Positions 26,808 through 36,494 of a stretch of DNA of 62,444 nt are shown piece after piece. Location of the stretch: the IMG/VR virus record IMGVR_UViG_3300043640_000318, positions 1-62,444 of that record. The stretch is one strand, 5' to 3'. The notes under the pieces are model-generated. The model saw nothing but the letters and a program-made list of their open reading frames with translations, was not told where the DNA came from and did not search any database. Origin of the DNA: a virus (Duplodnaviria; Caudoviricetes). How positions within the stretch are numbered: the first letter of the stretch is position 1; each line of letters begins with the position of its first letter. The translations under genes were made by a program, and so were the position numbers.

Positions 26808-29308
26808 CAGCTACCTCCCAGGTTCTGGCCGCCGAGACCTCCGGCGATAGGCAGTCCGATCAGGGCGCCGGAATTGTCGCCCTTCTTATCCGACAAGCGG
26901 GCAGGGGCGGCGATGTTGACCGAGGTCGTGAAGCCGCCATCCTTACCGAACTTGAAGCTGTGTGTAACCGTAGTCACATATGCCTGAAAATTGAAATCAG
27001 GGATTTTGATGAGCATACCGGGCCACATCTCTGGCATGAATGTCAGAGGGACGGTGGCATTGTATTGATACGCCCATTGCCTCATGAAAAGGAACAGCGC
27101 GGAGAAGAACTCACCCTTGGGCCCGACCACTCCAGGCATCTGCTGGAAGTCCGGTCGTGCGCCGAATCTCTTGAATACGTAGTTGATGAACTTCTGCGCC
27201 TCGGCCTGAGTCGGCTCCAGCCCGAACAGCGCGAACATGATCGAGGGTATGTCGATCGTCGCGATGCCCACCGTGGTGACCACCTGCAAGGGATCGGCCG
27301 GGCTCACCGAGCCGCTCAGCAGATCGAGGGACTGGTGACTCTGCGGTGCCACGGTGTACTGGTGGGTGACGAAGAAGTCGTCCGACCACTCCACCGAGAA
27401 GTCCATCAGCTCGATCGGCTGGATCACCATCGAGGCCGCCGTGCCCCAGATCCCGTAGTAGTCCGGGAACCACGCGATGAGGTCCCCGTTGGGCGCCGAG
27501 CAGAACGAGCGCATCGTCGAGCCGAACATGTTCTTGAGGTAGGGCAGGAACGGCTGGTCGTTCAGCAGCGCCCGCACGCCCGCCAAGGCCTCTGAACCGG
27601 CCGTGTCGATCTCGAACTGGGGCACCCAGGGGTTGTTGCCGAAGAGCTTGTCGTAGCTGTCATTGGGGTTGTACCAGGGCTGCTGATTGGCCGTGCCGAC
27701 CTGGACGCCCGGGTTGACCGTGGTGCCATCGCTGGTGGCCCCGCCCGTGCCCCCGATCGTGCCGACGCCCCCGCCGTCGGCGGAGTAGTCCACGCCTTGC
27801 AGCAGGCCGCCGCCGCCGGACCAGTAGCTCGGGGAGTTGCTGACCACGCTGCAATAGGTGCCGGTGTGGTGGGCTCCGACCGTGTGCCTGCCGTCCCCGA
27901 CGCTCATCTCGACGTGGTGCGCCGGAGTACCGACGAAGACCAGGGCTCCCCGGGTCTTCAGGGCCTGCGCCGCGCTGATCCGCTTGCACCAGCTCTGCTG
28001 GGACTGCGACACCCGGGGAAGCCCGTTGAGCTTGCCCATGGCGTGGTAGTAGACCCATTGGACGAAGCTGGAACAGTCCAGCCGGGTCGGCACAGCGGTC
28101 TGCGGAGCGGAGTCCCCACCGAGCTGGTAGGGGATGTGGGGATGGTCCTGCACCAGCTTCAGGGCCGTGCCGATGACGTCGGCGCCGGTGCCCTTCCCGG
28201 CCTTCCAGTTGTTGCTCTGATTGGCGAAGGTCGGGTCAGAGCCCAGTGAGGTGCCCCCAGCGCCCTTCACGAGCACGTTGACGACCGCTGTGGCCATCGG
28301 CTGGTGCCGGGTGTAGATGCCGCCAGCTGAGTCCGCTGAGCGCTCCACACGCTGTGCGCACTGCCCGAGTGAGAGCTTGTCCCGGCCGCCCATGGCCAGC
28401 AGCCGCTTGTAGAACTGCTGCGAGGCGTAGACCGGGTTCATGCACTGGGCCTTGGTGCCCCAGCCCTGGCTCGGGCGTTCCTGGAACAGGCCGACGGAGT
28501 CACGGTCGCCGTGGTCGAGGTTGATCAGGCTGGACTCGGCCGCCGCTGCCATGATGGCGATGGTGGCATCCCGGCTGTTGGCCCCCATGCCGACGCCGGT
28601 GTTGTAGATGATCTCGGCGTTACCGGCCTGGGTCGCCGACAGGCTCTCTCCGCCATAGGTGCCGGGCTTGAGGGTGCCAGAGGTGACCGTGCCGCCGTTG
28701 ACCACCCCTCCGACCGACCCGGCGCCGCCAAGGATCGCGTAGAACTGCTGGGCCAGCGCGTCCGCCTCTTCGGCCTTGGCGTCGACATCCTTGGCGATCT
28801 TGTAGGCGAACTTGAACCAGTCCTGCGGGATCCCTCCGATGTGCACCTTCGAGGACGGCCAGCCGACGACGGTGTCGAGCAGCGTCAGGGCGGCGTTGGT
28901 CACGCCTCCGTCGTTGGTGTTCTTGACGGCTTGCAGGCCCTGGTTCACCAGGTTCTGGGAGGCCTCCAGACCTGGATCCCAGTACCAGTACTGAAGCCTC
29001 TTCAGGGAGCAGCTGGCGGCCATCTCGACCCTCGTCGGCCAGGCCGTGATCAGGGGAACCGAGTTCAGGTAGCCGGTGAAGACCCGCAGCCATGTGAAGC
29101 GCTTCATCATCACGGCGATCCGGTCGTTCGGAGCGAAGACCCCGTCGTACTTGCGCCGGGCGTTCTGAAGGCCGAACTCGAACGTTGACACGCCGTCCGA
29201 TCGACGTGTCAACGTTCCGTCGGTGAGGTCCTCACTGATGTCGAGCGTGCCGTGCTTCTCACTGGCGACATAGACCTTGACCCCAGGACCGTAAATTAGC
29301 GTAGAGAT
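26807..29308 (-). CDS. baseplate hub/tail lysin with lysozyme-like and NlpC/P60 domains (probable ATC start)
   Basis: AESSL...RDSVGLFQERPSQGWG; LDCSSFVQWVY...LPRVSQSQ...HHVEM; frame stays open upstream of the track start to ATC 29308 behind GAGGT. Confidence 0.82.
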   Translation of the reverse strand: MSTLIYGPGVKVYVASEKHGTLDISEDLTDGTLTRRSDGVSTFEFGLQNARRKYDGVFAPNDRIAVMMKRFTWLRVFTGYLNSVPLITAWPTRVEMAASCSLKRLQYWYWDPGLEASQNLVNQGLQAVKNTNDGGVTNAALTLLDTVVGWPSSKVHIGGIPQDWFKFAYKIAKDVDAKAEEADALAQQFYAILGGAGSVGGVVNGGTVTSGTLKPGTYGGESLSATQAGNAEIIYNTGVGMGANSRDATIAIMAAAAESSLINLDHGDRDSVGLFQERPSQGWGTKAQCMNPVYASQQFYKRLLAMGGRDKLSLGQCAQRVERSADSAGGIYTRHQPMATAVVNVLVKGAGGTSLGSDPTFANQSNNWKAGKGTGADVIGTALKLVQDHPHIPYQLGGDSAPQTAVPTRLDCSSFVQWVYYHAMGKLNGLPRVSQSQQSWCKRISAAQALKTRGALVFVGTPAHHVEMSVGDGRHTVGAHHTGTYCSVVSNSPSYWSGGGGLLQGVDYSADGGGVGTIGGTGGATSDGTTVNPGVQVGTANQQPWYNPNDSYDKLFGNNPWVPQFEIDTAGSEALAGVRALLNDQPFLPYLKNMFGSTMRSFCSAPNGDLIAWFPDYYGIWGTAASMVIQPIELMDFSVEWSDDFFVTHQYTVAPQSHQSLDLLSGSVSPADPLQVVTTVGIATIDIPSIMFALFGLEPTQAEAQKFINYVFKRFGARPDFQQMPGVVGPKGEFFSALFLFMRQWAYQYNATVPLTFMPEMWPGMLIKIPDFNFQAYVTTVTHSFKFGKDGGFTTSVNIAAPARLSDKKGDNSGALIGLPIAGGLGGQNLGGS

Positions 29309-29317
29309 GGCGATACC

Positions 29318-29965
29318 TCACTTAGTCGGAGAAATATCTCCACCATTGGGAACTCCGCCAGGCAGCGGCTGACCCCACTCGTCGTTGAACTGGCTCGGGT
29401 CTCCGGGGTAGACAATATGGTCATAAACGCCTGGGGCCGAATCCCCACCCAGTTGAGTACCGATTGGGTAGAAGTATTGAATAGCAGGATCCTTGGCGAA
29501 CGAGGACCATTTGTTGTCCACCGCAGAGGTGTCCGGAGCGGCCGTCTGTCCCGGGCTGATCGCGGGCTCGAAGACGATCGTCGGCTGGAACACCAGGGAA
29601 CCGATGTGATCCCCCCACTCGTATCCCTCCAGCGGCACGCCCTTGCTGAGGAAGCTCCGGGAGGGTGCGTTCACCGTCATCGAGGGAAAGCTGGTGGCGG
29701 CCAGATCAGGATCGATGGCGTAGGAGGCGTAGGAGGCCATCCAGTTGGTGAAGCTGCGGCGCTCGTCCCAGCCCACGAGCTGCACCGTGATGGCGAACCT
29801 CTGGGGGGCGACCCGGTGGGGATAGAAGGCCCGATGCGAACGGGCCTGGCTCTCGTCGGAGACCATCGCCACACCGTGGGTCACCCCGTTGCAGCGCACC
29901 TGATAGACGTAAGTGGACGAGCCCCGTAGGTAGGAGAGCGTGCAGTTGAGGCCGAACCTCGTCAC
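29318..29965 (-). CDS. minor tail protein
   Basis: Position between tape measure and hub; RBS GGAGGGAGG. Confidence 0.7.
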   Translation of the reverse strand: MTRFGLNCTLSYLRGSSTYVYQVRCNGVTHGVAMVSDESQARSHRAFYPHRVAPQRFAITVQLVGWDERRSFTNWMASYASYAIDPDLAATSFPSMTVNAPSRSFLSKGVPLEGYEWGDHIGSLVFQPTIVFEPAISPGQTAAPDTSAVDNKWSSFAKDPAIQYFYPIGTQLGGDSAPGVYDHIVYPGDPSQFNDEWGQPLPGGVPNGGDISPTK

Positions 29966-29992
29966 GTAGCGCCTCCCTCCGCGAAATCGTCT

Positions 29993-30208
29993 CTACAACC
30001 CTTCATCGCCCCTGACGACGTTCTGGCTGGGGTCCTGGGGCGCGAAGTGCGGAATACGCAGCTCGCGATACTCCGCCTCGGTGATCCCATGGGCCAGTCC
30101 GAACGGGGTGAAGACCCACCCGAACATCTCCACCATCGGAGGATGCTCACTGGGCTCGGGCATCGAGACCGGAGTGTCGGCCGCCCAGACGGGCTTCTGT
30201 GTGGACAT
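29993..30208 (-). CDS. small hypothetical protein
   Basis: RBS AAGGAG; fills gap in the operon. Confidence 0.6.
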   Translation of the reverse strand: MSTQKPVWAADTPVSMPEPSEHPPMVEMFGWVFTPFGLAHGITEAEYRELRIPHFAPQDPSQNVVRGDEGL

Positions 30209-30225
30209 GATCGCTCCTTAATTAA

Positions 30226-30876
30226 TTACTTTGTCGGAGAGATGTCCTCACCGTTGGGAACGCCCCCAGACTTGGGCGTTGCTGCACCACCGGTGACGTG
30301 TCCATTGTATTCGGAGAAATGCCAGCCAATGCCGTCGGATATACGGGACACATACTCTTCAATCGCCTGTGCACGCTTCTTGCTGAGCACTCCATGACTC
30401 GTCCCGGCGACGACGAGTGCATCGCTCAGTTCCTCGACGATGAAAAGGGTGAGGGAGTAATTGTGAGCGAACTTCCCCACGGAATGGGTGATGGAGCCCC
30501 CGCCGTCGGGATCAGAAAAGTCTTTGACGTACACGCTGAAACGCCAGTTTTTCGGCGAATAGGTGAAGATCGCGGGCCTGTGCATCAGGCCGGGCTTCGT
30601 CGAATCCTTGGACTGGAATTCCATAATGGCGCTGATGGTCTTGAAGAACGCCTCTGCCTGGCGCCAGCTCTCGCCCTGTGATCCTGCCGAGTGATCCTGC
30701 CCGAAGCTGCCCTGCACCACGAGGTCATCGAGGTAGGCGCCGACGACCTGGATGACCCTTCCGCCGACGGTCTCGGTGACGGCGGTCTGGACGGACCACT
30801 TCCAGTCGATAGCATTCGGATCTATCCGAAAAGTGATTTTCGGACCATCTGAAAATCCTAGCGTTGCCAGGCCCAT
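30226..30876 (-). CDS. minor tail / tube-initiator-like protein
   Basis: FRIDPNAI.W......TETVGGRVIQ; position after tape measure. Confidence 0.7.
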   Translation of the reverse strand: MGLATLGFSDGPKITFRIDPNAIDWKWSVQTAVTETVGGRVIQVVGAYLDDLVVQGSFGQDHSAGSQGESWRQAEAFFKTISAIMEFQSKDSTKPGLMHRPAIFTYSPKNWRFSVYVKDFSDPDGGGSITHSVGKFAHNYSLTLFIVEELSDALVVAGTSHGVLSKKRAQAIEEYVSRISDGIGWHFSEYNGHVTGGAATPKSGGVPNGEDISPTK

Positions 30877-31093
30877 CCGCGCTCACCGCCTTGCTCGCCA
30901 AAGATTCCAGTGCTAACCTGCTTGCAGGTGGTCCTCTTCCCGAAACGCCTCAAGCCCGGGTGGATTGATGTGAGGCCCACTGTCCCTCCGGGGACTTTGG
31001 CCCCGTCACTCATCCGGGGGGTGTGAGTGACGGGGCCGCAGCTTTTCAAATACCTACGTGATGGCCCCTTATCACGACGTGCATGCTTTCCGA

Positions 31094-33406
31094 TCACGGT
31101 CTGCTCGATTGTGTTCCATAAGGATTCTGTGGAACGGTTCCCGTAGTAGCTGCTGAGTTGTTGTTGTTCGGCAGCAATAGAAGTAGTTTCTTCGCTTCTG
31201 GCGACAGGTCGATGATCGTACGCGGCGCATTCGCGGTGCTCTTGCTCTCCGGGTGCTTCTTCTGCCAGTCCTTCAGCGACTGGCCGACCTTTCCACCGGC
31301 GTCGCTCTTCAATTCCGAAGAAGCGTCCCGGTTGAGGTCCACAATGCCACCGGTGATGTCGGCGACCTTCTGGCCCTTCTGGTCCCCGTCGATGATCGTG
31401 GCGTTACCGGAAGCGAGCTCGTTGGGGAAGTTCCTCATGGCGTCGGCGAAGGACATCACCCGCATGCCGGTCTTGGTGTTGACCTGCACGTGGATGTTGT
31501 TCGGGTCGTCCACGCTCTGGATCAGCTTCTCCAGCACGGGATCGCGCATCCCGGTCTTCGCCGACTGCTTCTGGTAGACCTTGCCCGCGTTGTTGTCCGG
31601 GTGAAGTCCGGTCATCTTCCCGATGACCCCCCAGGTGTCACCGGTCTGGGCCGTACCGAGCTTGGCGAAGGCCGTCGCGTCCTGCATGGAGGCAGGGCTC
31701 TTGATGTCGACGGTCTTGGCGGTCTGCTTGTAGGGCTGGGTGGCCGAGGTCTGAGCCTGGGCGTGCGCCGCCTCGTTGTCCCCGGCGATCTGCCGGACGA
31801 TCCAGGACATGACCGTGTTCTCGTCGAGCTGCCAGCCCGAGAGCTGGCTGAAGACCTGGGCCCACACATGCAGGTCGATGTTCGAGCGGGTCTGCCAGCG
31901 GTTCAGGAACTCGTTGCCGACCTGGGTGGCCTTCTGGTCGTCGAGGGTCTTGGAGCCGCCGTAGCTCTCGATGATCGACTTGATGTCGTCGATCTGTTCC
32001 TGGGAGAGCAGGTCCTTGATCCGCTGCATGTTGTTGCCCGAGGCCATGCGCAGGTACTCCTGGGGCTGAGTGCGCATGAGGTACTGCGTCTGCCCCGGGG
32101 TGATCCCGGTCATCCCGCCGAGCATGTACTGCATGTTCGGGCTCATCACGCCCGTGTTGTCGGTGTTCTGGAAGGACCGGCCGTAGGAGGCCTTGGTCGA
32201 GGTGAGGGCACCGGCCAGCACAGGAGACCCGGCCCCGGCGCCCTGCCCGATGGCCGCTCCCAGAGCCTGGTTGAACTGGTCGCGCATCTGCTTGGCGTTG
32301 ACGCCCGCCTGCCCGGCGGTGTCGGAGACGTCCTTCAGGGCCGTCGAGAGGCTGCTGAAGCTCACCGTGGCGTTCTGGGTGGCGGTCTCCAGGATCTTGA
32401 CCGACTCCCCGATGTCCATGCCCCGGGAGTTGTAGTTGTGGTAGTTGAAGTTCAGCGCGGCCTGGCGGTTCTGCATCATACCGTCCGGCTGCTTGCCGGA
32501 GAAGCCCAGGGCCGTCACGGCCTGGAAGGACTCCCGGGCGGCCGACTCGGACATGCCGAAGCCCGTGGTCCAGCGATAGGCCTCCTCGTGCATCCGCTCT
32601 TGGAACCCGGCGGCGTTGGTCCCGCCCTCGGTGCTCTGGTAGACCCGGTTCTTCTCGCGCTGATCGAGGTAGGTCCCCTTGGCCTTCGTGCCGCCGGATA
32701 GGGCGAGGCCGACGACGGGCAGGTTGCTCGCCGCGTGCATCAGACCTGAGGTCGTGCCGCCGCTCAGGGCGATCCTGGCACCGAGCTGCTGGAGGTTCGT
32801 GCCTCCAGGAGGCGGTGTCGGCTGGGAGCGGGGCTGCGTGCCGCTCGGAGGGATCGGGTTGGGACCTGGAGGCTGCTGAGGACCTCCGCCTCCTCCACCT
32901 CCGCCGCCGCCACCTTGACCGCCGCCCCCGCCCCCTCCTGTACCGCCCCCAGAGCCTCCCTGACCGCCTCCGCCGCCGCCTTGGGTCTGTGTGGTGGTCA
33001 TGCCGTTCTGCGCGCTGTAGAGCGGCACTCCGGCGATGGCCTGGCCGATCTGCTGGGCCGCGTAGGACTGGGCGTGAGCGAAGGAGCTCAAGGCCTGCAT
33101 GCCGGAGACCCTGACCATTCCGGCGGTGTTGTTGTAGTTGATCGCGCCCGAGCGGGCCAGGGCCTTCAGCGTGTTCACGTTCATCTGGGGCATCGAGCCC
33201 TGAGCGTGGTAGGCCGCGCTGACCTCAGGGGAGTTGGCGGCGCCGTAGCGGGACTCCATGTCGAGCGTGGCCCGCACGGCGTTGTTGGTCTGGAGCATCG
33301 TCTGGGTCAGTGCGTCGATGCTGCTGGAGACGCCCTGAAAGGCCTGAGCCAGGTTGAAGTTGGTGTCAGGGTTGACCGAGCGGTCCGGCGGGGGTGGCGT
33401 CGTCAT
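31094..33406 (-). CDS. tape-measure-like protein
   Basis: Ala/Gln-rich helical 770 aa immediately after the tail chaperone; poly-Gly/Pro linker. Confidence 0.7.
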   Translation of the reverse strand: MTTPPPPDRSVNPDTNFNLAQAFQGVSSSIDALTQTMLQTNNAVRATLDMESRYGAANSPEVSAAYHAQGSMPQMNVNTLKALARSGAINYNNTAGMVRVSGMQALSSFAHAQSYAAQQIGQAIAGVPLYSAQNGMTTTQTQGGGGGGQGGSGGGTGGGGGGGQGGGGGGGGGGGPQQPPGPNPIPPSGTQPRSQPTPPPGGTNLQQLGARIALSGGTTSGLMHAASNLPVVGLALSGGTKAKGTYLDQREKNRVYQSTEGGTNAAGFQERMHEEAYRWTTGFGMSESAARESFQAVTALGFSGKQPDGMMQNRQAALNFNYHNYNSRGMDIGESVKILETATQNATVSFSSLSTALKDVSDTAGQAGVNAKQMRDQFNQALGAAIGQGAGAGSPVLAGALTSTKASYGRSFQNTDNTGVMSPNMQYMLGGMTGITPGQTQYLMRTQPQEYLRMASGNNMQRIKDLLSQEQIDDIKSIIESYGGSKTLDDQKATQVGNEFLNRWQTRSNIDLHVWAQVFSQLSGWQLDENTVMSWIVRQIAGDNEAAHAQAQTSATQPYKQTAKTVDIKSPASMQDATAFAKLGTAQTGDTWGVIGKMTGLHPDNNAGKVYQKQSAKTGMRDPVLEKLIQSVDDPNNIHVQVNTKTGMRVMSFADAMRNFPNELASGNATIIDGDQKGQKVADITGGIVDLNRDASSELKSDAGGKVGQSLKDWQKKHPESKSTANAPRTIIDLSPEAKKLLLLLPNNNNSAATTGTVPQNPYGTQSSRP

Positions 33407-33409
33407 GGC

Positions 33410-34356
33410 TCAGATCCATTCTCCGTCGTCCGGCACCATCGACACCGGGCCCGTCGCCTGCCCTGGGGCCTCCGGCCGGGCCACACTCGGCTCCTCGTGA
33501 ACCGAGATCGTCTTGAACTGCTCCAGCATCTGGTTCATCCGCTCGAACTCCTCGATGCCGCCGCCGTCGGACGGCGAGTGGAAGTCCACCTGGGAGTAGT
33601 CGTAGACGATGTCCTCCGCTGCCGCGCCCTTGGGCTCGACGTCGGTGGCGAAGTACTCGGGGAAGGCCTGAGAAGGCTCCAGAGCGCCTGAGGTGACCAG
33701 CATGACCCGGAGCTGACGATCCTCGGCTTCAGCCCGCTGGCGCCGGTCCATGCTCTCCAGCAGAGCCACCCCGTACTCCTGCACCTGGCTCAGCCTCAGT
33801 CCTCGGAGGAGTCCTCTTCGATCGAGGAGCCGGAGCTCCCGTTCGAGCCAGGGGTCGAGTTCGCCCCCTGGCCTGATGCTTTTTCCATCTCCTCCACCAC
33901 CTCCCGGACCCTGGTCTCCAGCGCCAGGAACTCGGAGTAGACCCGGTCGATGGTGACGTCGAACCAGCGGTGCTGGACGTACTGGAAGCGCTGGTGCGCC
34001 CAGGCGTCGCTGCCGTCCTCACCGATCGGGACCGGCAGGCCGACTCCGTCCACCGTCTGCACCGCGAGTGAGACGATCGCGGTGAAATAGGCCCGTTGAG
34101 CCCCGATGGTGTTGTCCCACCTCTTGGTGAGCAGCGGGACCAGCAGCACCTCGGCGGTGGTCAGTGTGCGAATGCAGAACTTGTGACCGAGCCATTCGAA
34201 GGTCTCTGAGAGCGCGCCAATGTAGGCCAGGCCGTTGAAATCGTCCTGATACTTCGGATCGAAGGTCGGCAATTCCTTCTCGGTACCGTCGGCCGACGGG
34301 ATACCGGAAGGCAATGGCAGCGCACTCGGATCGAAGGTGCCGTATTGTTCACTCAT
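33410..34356 (-). CDS. tail assembly chaperone G-T fusion via programmed -1 frameshift
   Basis: GGAAAAA at 33886-33880; -1 frame reads SIRPGGELDPWLERELRLLDRRGLLRG into the 33784-33410 ORF. Confidence 0.82.
33796..34356 (-). CDS. tail assembly chaperone (short form)
   Basis: Position between tube and tape measure genes. Confidence 0.85.
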   Translation of the reverse strand: MSEQYGTFDPSALPLPSGIPSADGTEKELPTFDPKYQDDFNGLAYIGALSETFEWLGHKFCIRTLTTAEVLLVPLLTKRWDNTIGAQRAYFTAIVSLAVQTVDGVGLPVPIGEDGSDAWAHQRFQYVQHRWFDVTIDRVYSEFLALETRVREVVEEMEKASGQGANSTPGSNGSSGSSIEEDSSED

Positions 34357-34372
34357 TCAGAAATCCCCCTTA

Positions 34373-34876
34373 TCACTGCAAAGCACTACTGTGGGTGTAG
34401 GCCACTGTAATGCCCTTTGTGACCGCGAGGGCTCCGACCGTGATGGTGTCTCCGTCGTTGATGTCGACGACGACGCAATTGTGGTAGATCTTGCCTCTCC
34501 AGGAGCCTGGAGAGTTCTCCGTGCCGGGCGGCTTGATGATGGTCTGGCAGGTGACGTACGAAGGGTCACGCGCCAAGGCCTCGAAGATGTCGACGATGTT
34601 CTGGCTCTTGGCCAGGCCCTGGAGCTGCTGCCAGACCGGGGCGTTCCAGAGCTCGCGAATGGTCAGCATCAGCGTGGCACCGGCCAGCACCCGGCTGGTG
34701 GCGATCTCCACCGGGTGCCGGTAGCCGAGCGGGTGGATGAACTGGTGTGGCTGGCCGAGGTCGCTGAAGGCCCGCTGGCCGCTGTCCTCCGCGCCCTCAA
34801 GGAACGCGATGGGCTTGCCTTGGTACAGGAACGTGGAGTAGCCGCTTCCGACCACCCTGACCCTAGTCTGCGGCAC
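34373..34876 (-). CDS. tail tube (major tail) protein
   Basis: 167 aa directly after sheath; RVRVVGSGYSTF, ELWNAPVWQQL. Confidence 0.82.
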   Translation of the reverse strand: MPQTRVRVVGSGYSTFLYQGKPIAFLEGAEDSGQRAFSDLGQPHQFIHPLGYRHPVEIATSRVLAGATLMLTIRELWNAPVWQQLQGLAKSQNIVDIFEALARDPSYVTCQTIIKPPGTENSPGSWRGKIYHNCVVVDINDGDTITVGALAVTKGITVAYTHSSALQ

Positions 34877-34905
34877 GTGAGTCCCTTTCTCCTGATCAGT
34901 CCGTC

Positions 34906-36426
34906 TTAGGCGTTGGCCAGGACACCGGTGGTCGTGGTGACGTCACCGCTGGTCAGGTCCACCTGGAATGCGACCGTGATGTAGTTCAGGGGCACCGCCG
35001 GGGCGTAACTGAACTTGCAGTTGATCACCGTTGGATCGCCTGAGGCCAGGGTCTGCTGAAGCACCCCGACGTTGGTGTAGCTGACGATCACCGCCTGGAG
35101 GACGGCCTGCTCCAGGATCGAGACCAGAGCGGCCTTGACCCGCATGACCATGTCGGCGTCGAGCGGCTGGCCGATGAGCTGGGCCGACTCCATGCCGATC
35201 TGGACGAGCTGGAAGAGCGTGTCGGCGATGCGCACCATGGAGATCTCACGGGTGTTGACCCCGGTCATGTCCGTGGTGACACCGTGCCGGACGACGATCT
35301 GGCCCTGGCGGCTGATCTCCGCGACACAGACACCGTTCGAGCTCAGGCCGTCCTTGAACAGCCGGGTCATCATCTGCTGCTGCGGGGCGTTGAAGCCGAC
35401 GAACGAGGAGACCGTCCGCTTGGTCAGCCCGAACTGAGGATTCAGCGAGCTCAGCAGGCCGCCCAGCGCGGCGGCCAGGAAGCAGCCCCCGACCGTGGTG
35501 GTCTGGTTGGTCAGCCCGTTGAAGAGCTGGAGCTGGAACGGATAGGTCAGCACGACCCTCTTGGAGAAGATCGCCGCCGCCAGGTTGTCGACCGACAGAT
35601 CAGACTCGGAGTAGTTGCGCGGCGGCCCGAAGAAGCCGATGCGGCCGTAGCCGTCGGCGGTGGCGTTCTCGCAGTGCGTGGCCAGGTCCTGGGCCAGTCC
35701 CGTCGTCAGGGCCGCCACGGTGCCCGAGGAGACCGTCAGGTCGTCGGGGAAGACCGGCACGATGATCGTGGCGGAGTAGTTCGTGATGACCTTGTTGTAG
35801 GCCACCTGGAACTGTGTGCGCAGGTCGCCGTCGGACGGGTTGAGAGCCAGCAGGATGAGGCGTCCCGCGCCGTTCTCGAAGGCCACCTTGGCACCCAGGG
35901 ACAGCGGGCTGTCGACCTGAGAGGTGTTGGGGTTGGCCGGTGGCTGGGTCAGCAGCGGCAGGCCGTAGGAGGCCGTCACCGCGTCGTAGTTCTCCACCAC
36001 CTGAGGCTGGTAGTAGGAGCTGTCGGCGAAGTGGTAGAAGATCGTGACGATGTCACCATCGGCCACCGTCGAGGACGAGCTGATCCGGTTGATCGTGGTC
36101 ACGGCGTTGGCCGTGCCGCCGGGCCCGCTGGAGTCGACGACCAGCGCGTAGTCGGTGTCGACGACCAGCACCGTGCCGTCCTGCTTGGTCACCACCGGCG
36201 CCGCGATGGCAGGAGGTCCCGTGACCGCAGTGGTGAAGACTCCCCGGTAGGTCAGCGCCTCGGGGGAGGCGGTGCTGATCTCCAGGGACTGCGTGGCGGT
36301 CTGGAACCCCAGGGCTGGCCCGATGATGCAGGTGATGGAGCTGAAGATGTTTCCAGGCGTCACCAACGGGTTCGTCGTGTCCTGGACATACACCCCAGGC
36401 GGATTATATTGCGTGAAATCCGTCAA
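34906..36426 (-). CDS. tail sheath protein
   Basis: YNPPGVYVQD N-terminus; VRHGVTTD...REISMVR; YAPAVPLNYITVAF C-terminus. Confidence 0.92.
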   Translation of the reverse strand: MTDFTQYNPPGVYVQDTTNPLVTPGNIFSSITCIIGPALGFQTATQSLEISTASPEALTYRGVFTTAVTGPPAIAAPVVTKQDGTVLVVDTDYALVVDSSGPGGTANAVTTINRISSSSTVADGDIVTIFYHFADSSYYQPQVVENYDAVTASYGLPLLTQPPANPNTSQVDSPLSLGAKVAFENGAGRLILLALNPSDGDLRTQFQVAYNKVITNYSATIIVPVFPDDLTVSSGTVAALTTGLAQDLATHCENATADGYGRIGFFGPPRNYSESDLSVDNLAAAIFSKRVVLTYPFQLQLFNGLTNQTTTVGGCFLAAALGGLLSSLNPQFGLTKRTVSSFVGFNAPQQQMMTRLFKDGLSSNGVCVAEISRQGQIVVRHGVTTDMTGVNTREISMVRIADTLFQLVQIGMESAQLIGQPLDADMVMRVKAALVSILEQAVLQAVIVSYTNVGVLQQTLASGDPTVINCKFSYAPAVPLNYITVAFQVDLTSGDVTTTTGVLANA

Positions 36427-36494
36427 CTTAGACTCTCCTCATTGGTCGCCTCACCCCTTCTTGGCAGGAGCCAGGCCGCCGACAGGAGAAGGGG

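Noticed and set aside
32880-32985. GGN-rich low-complexity repeat
   Set aside because: Encodes the poly-Gly linker of the tape-measure-like protein
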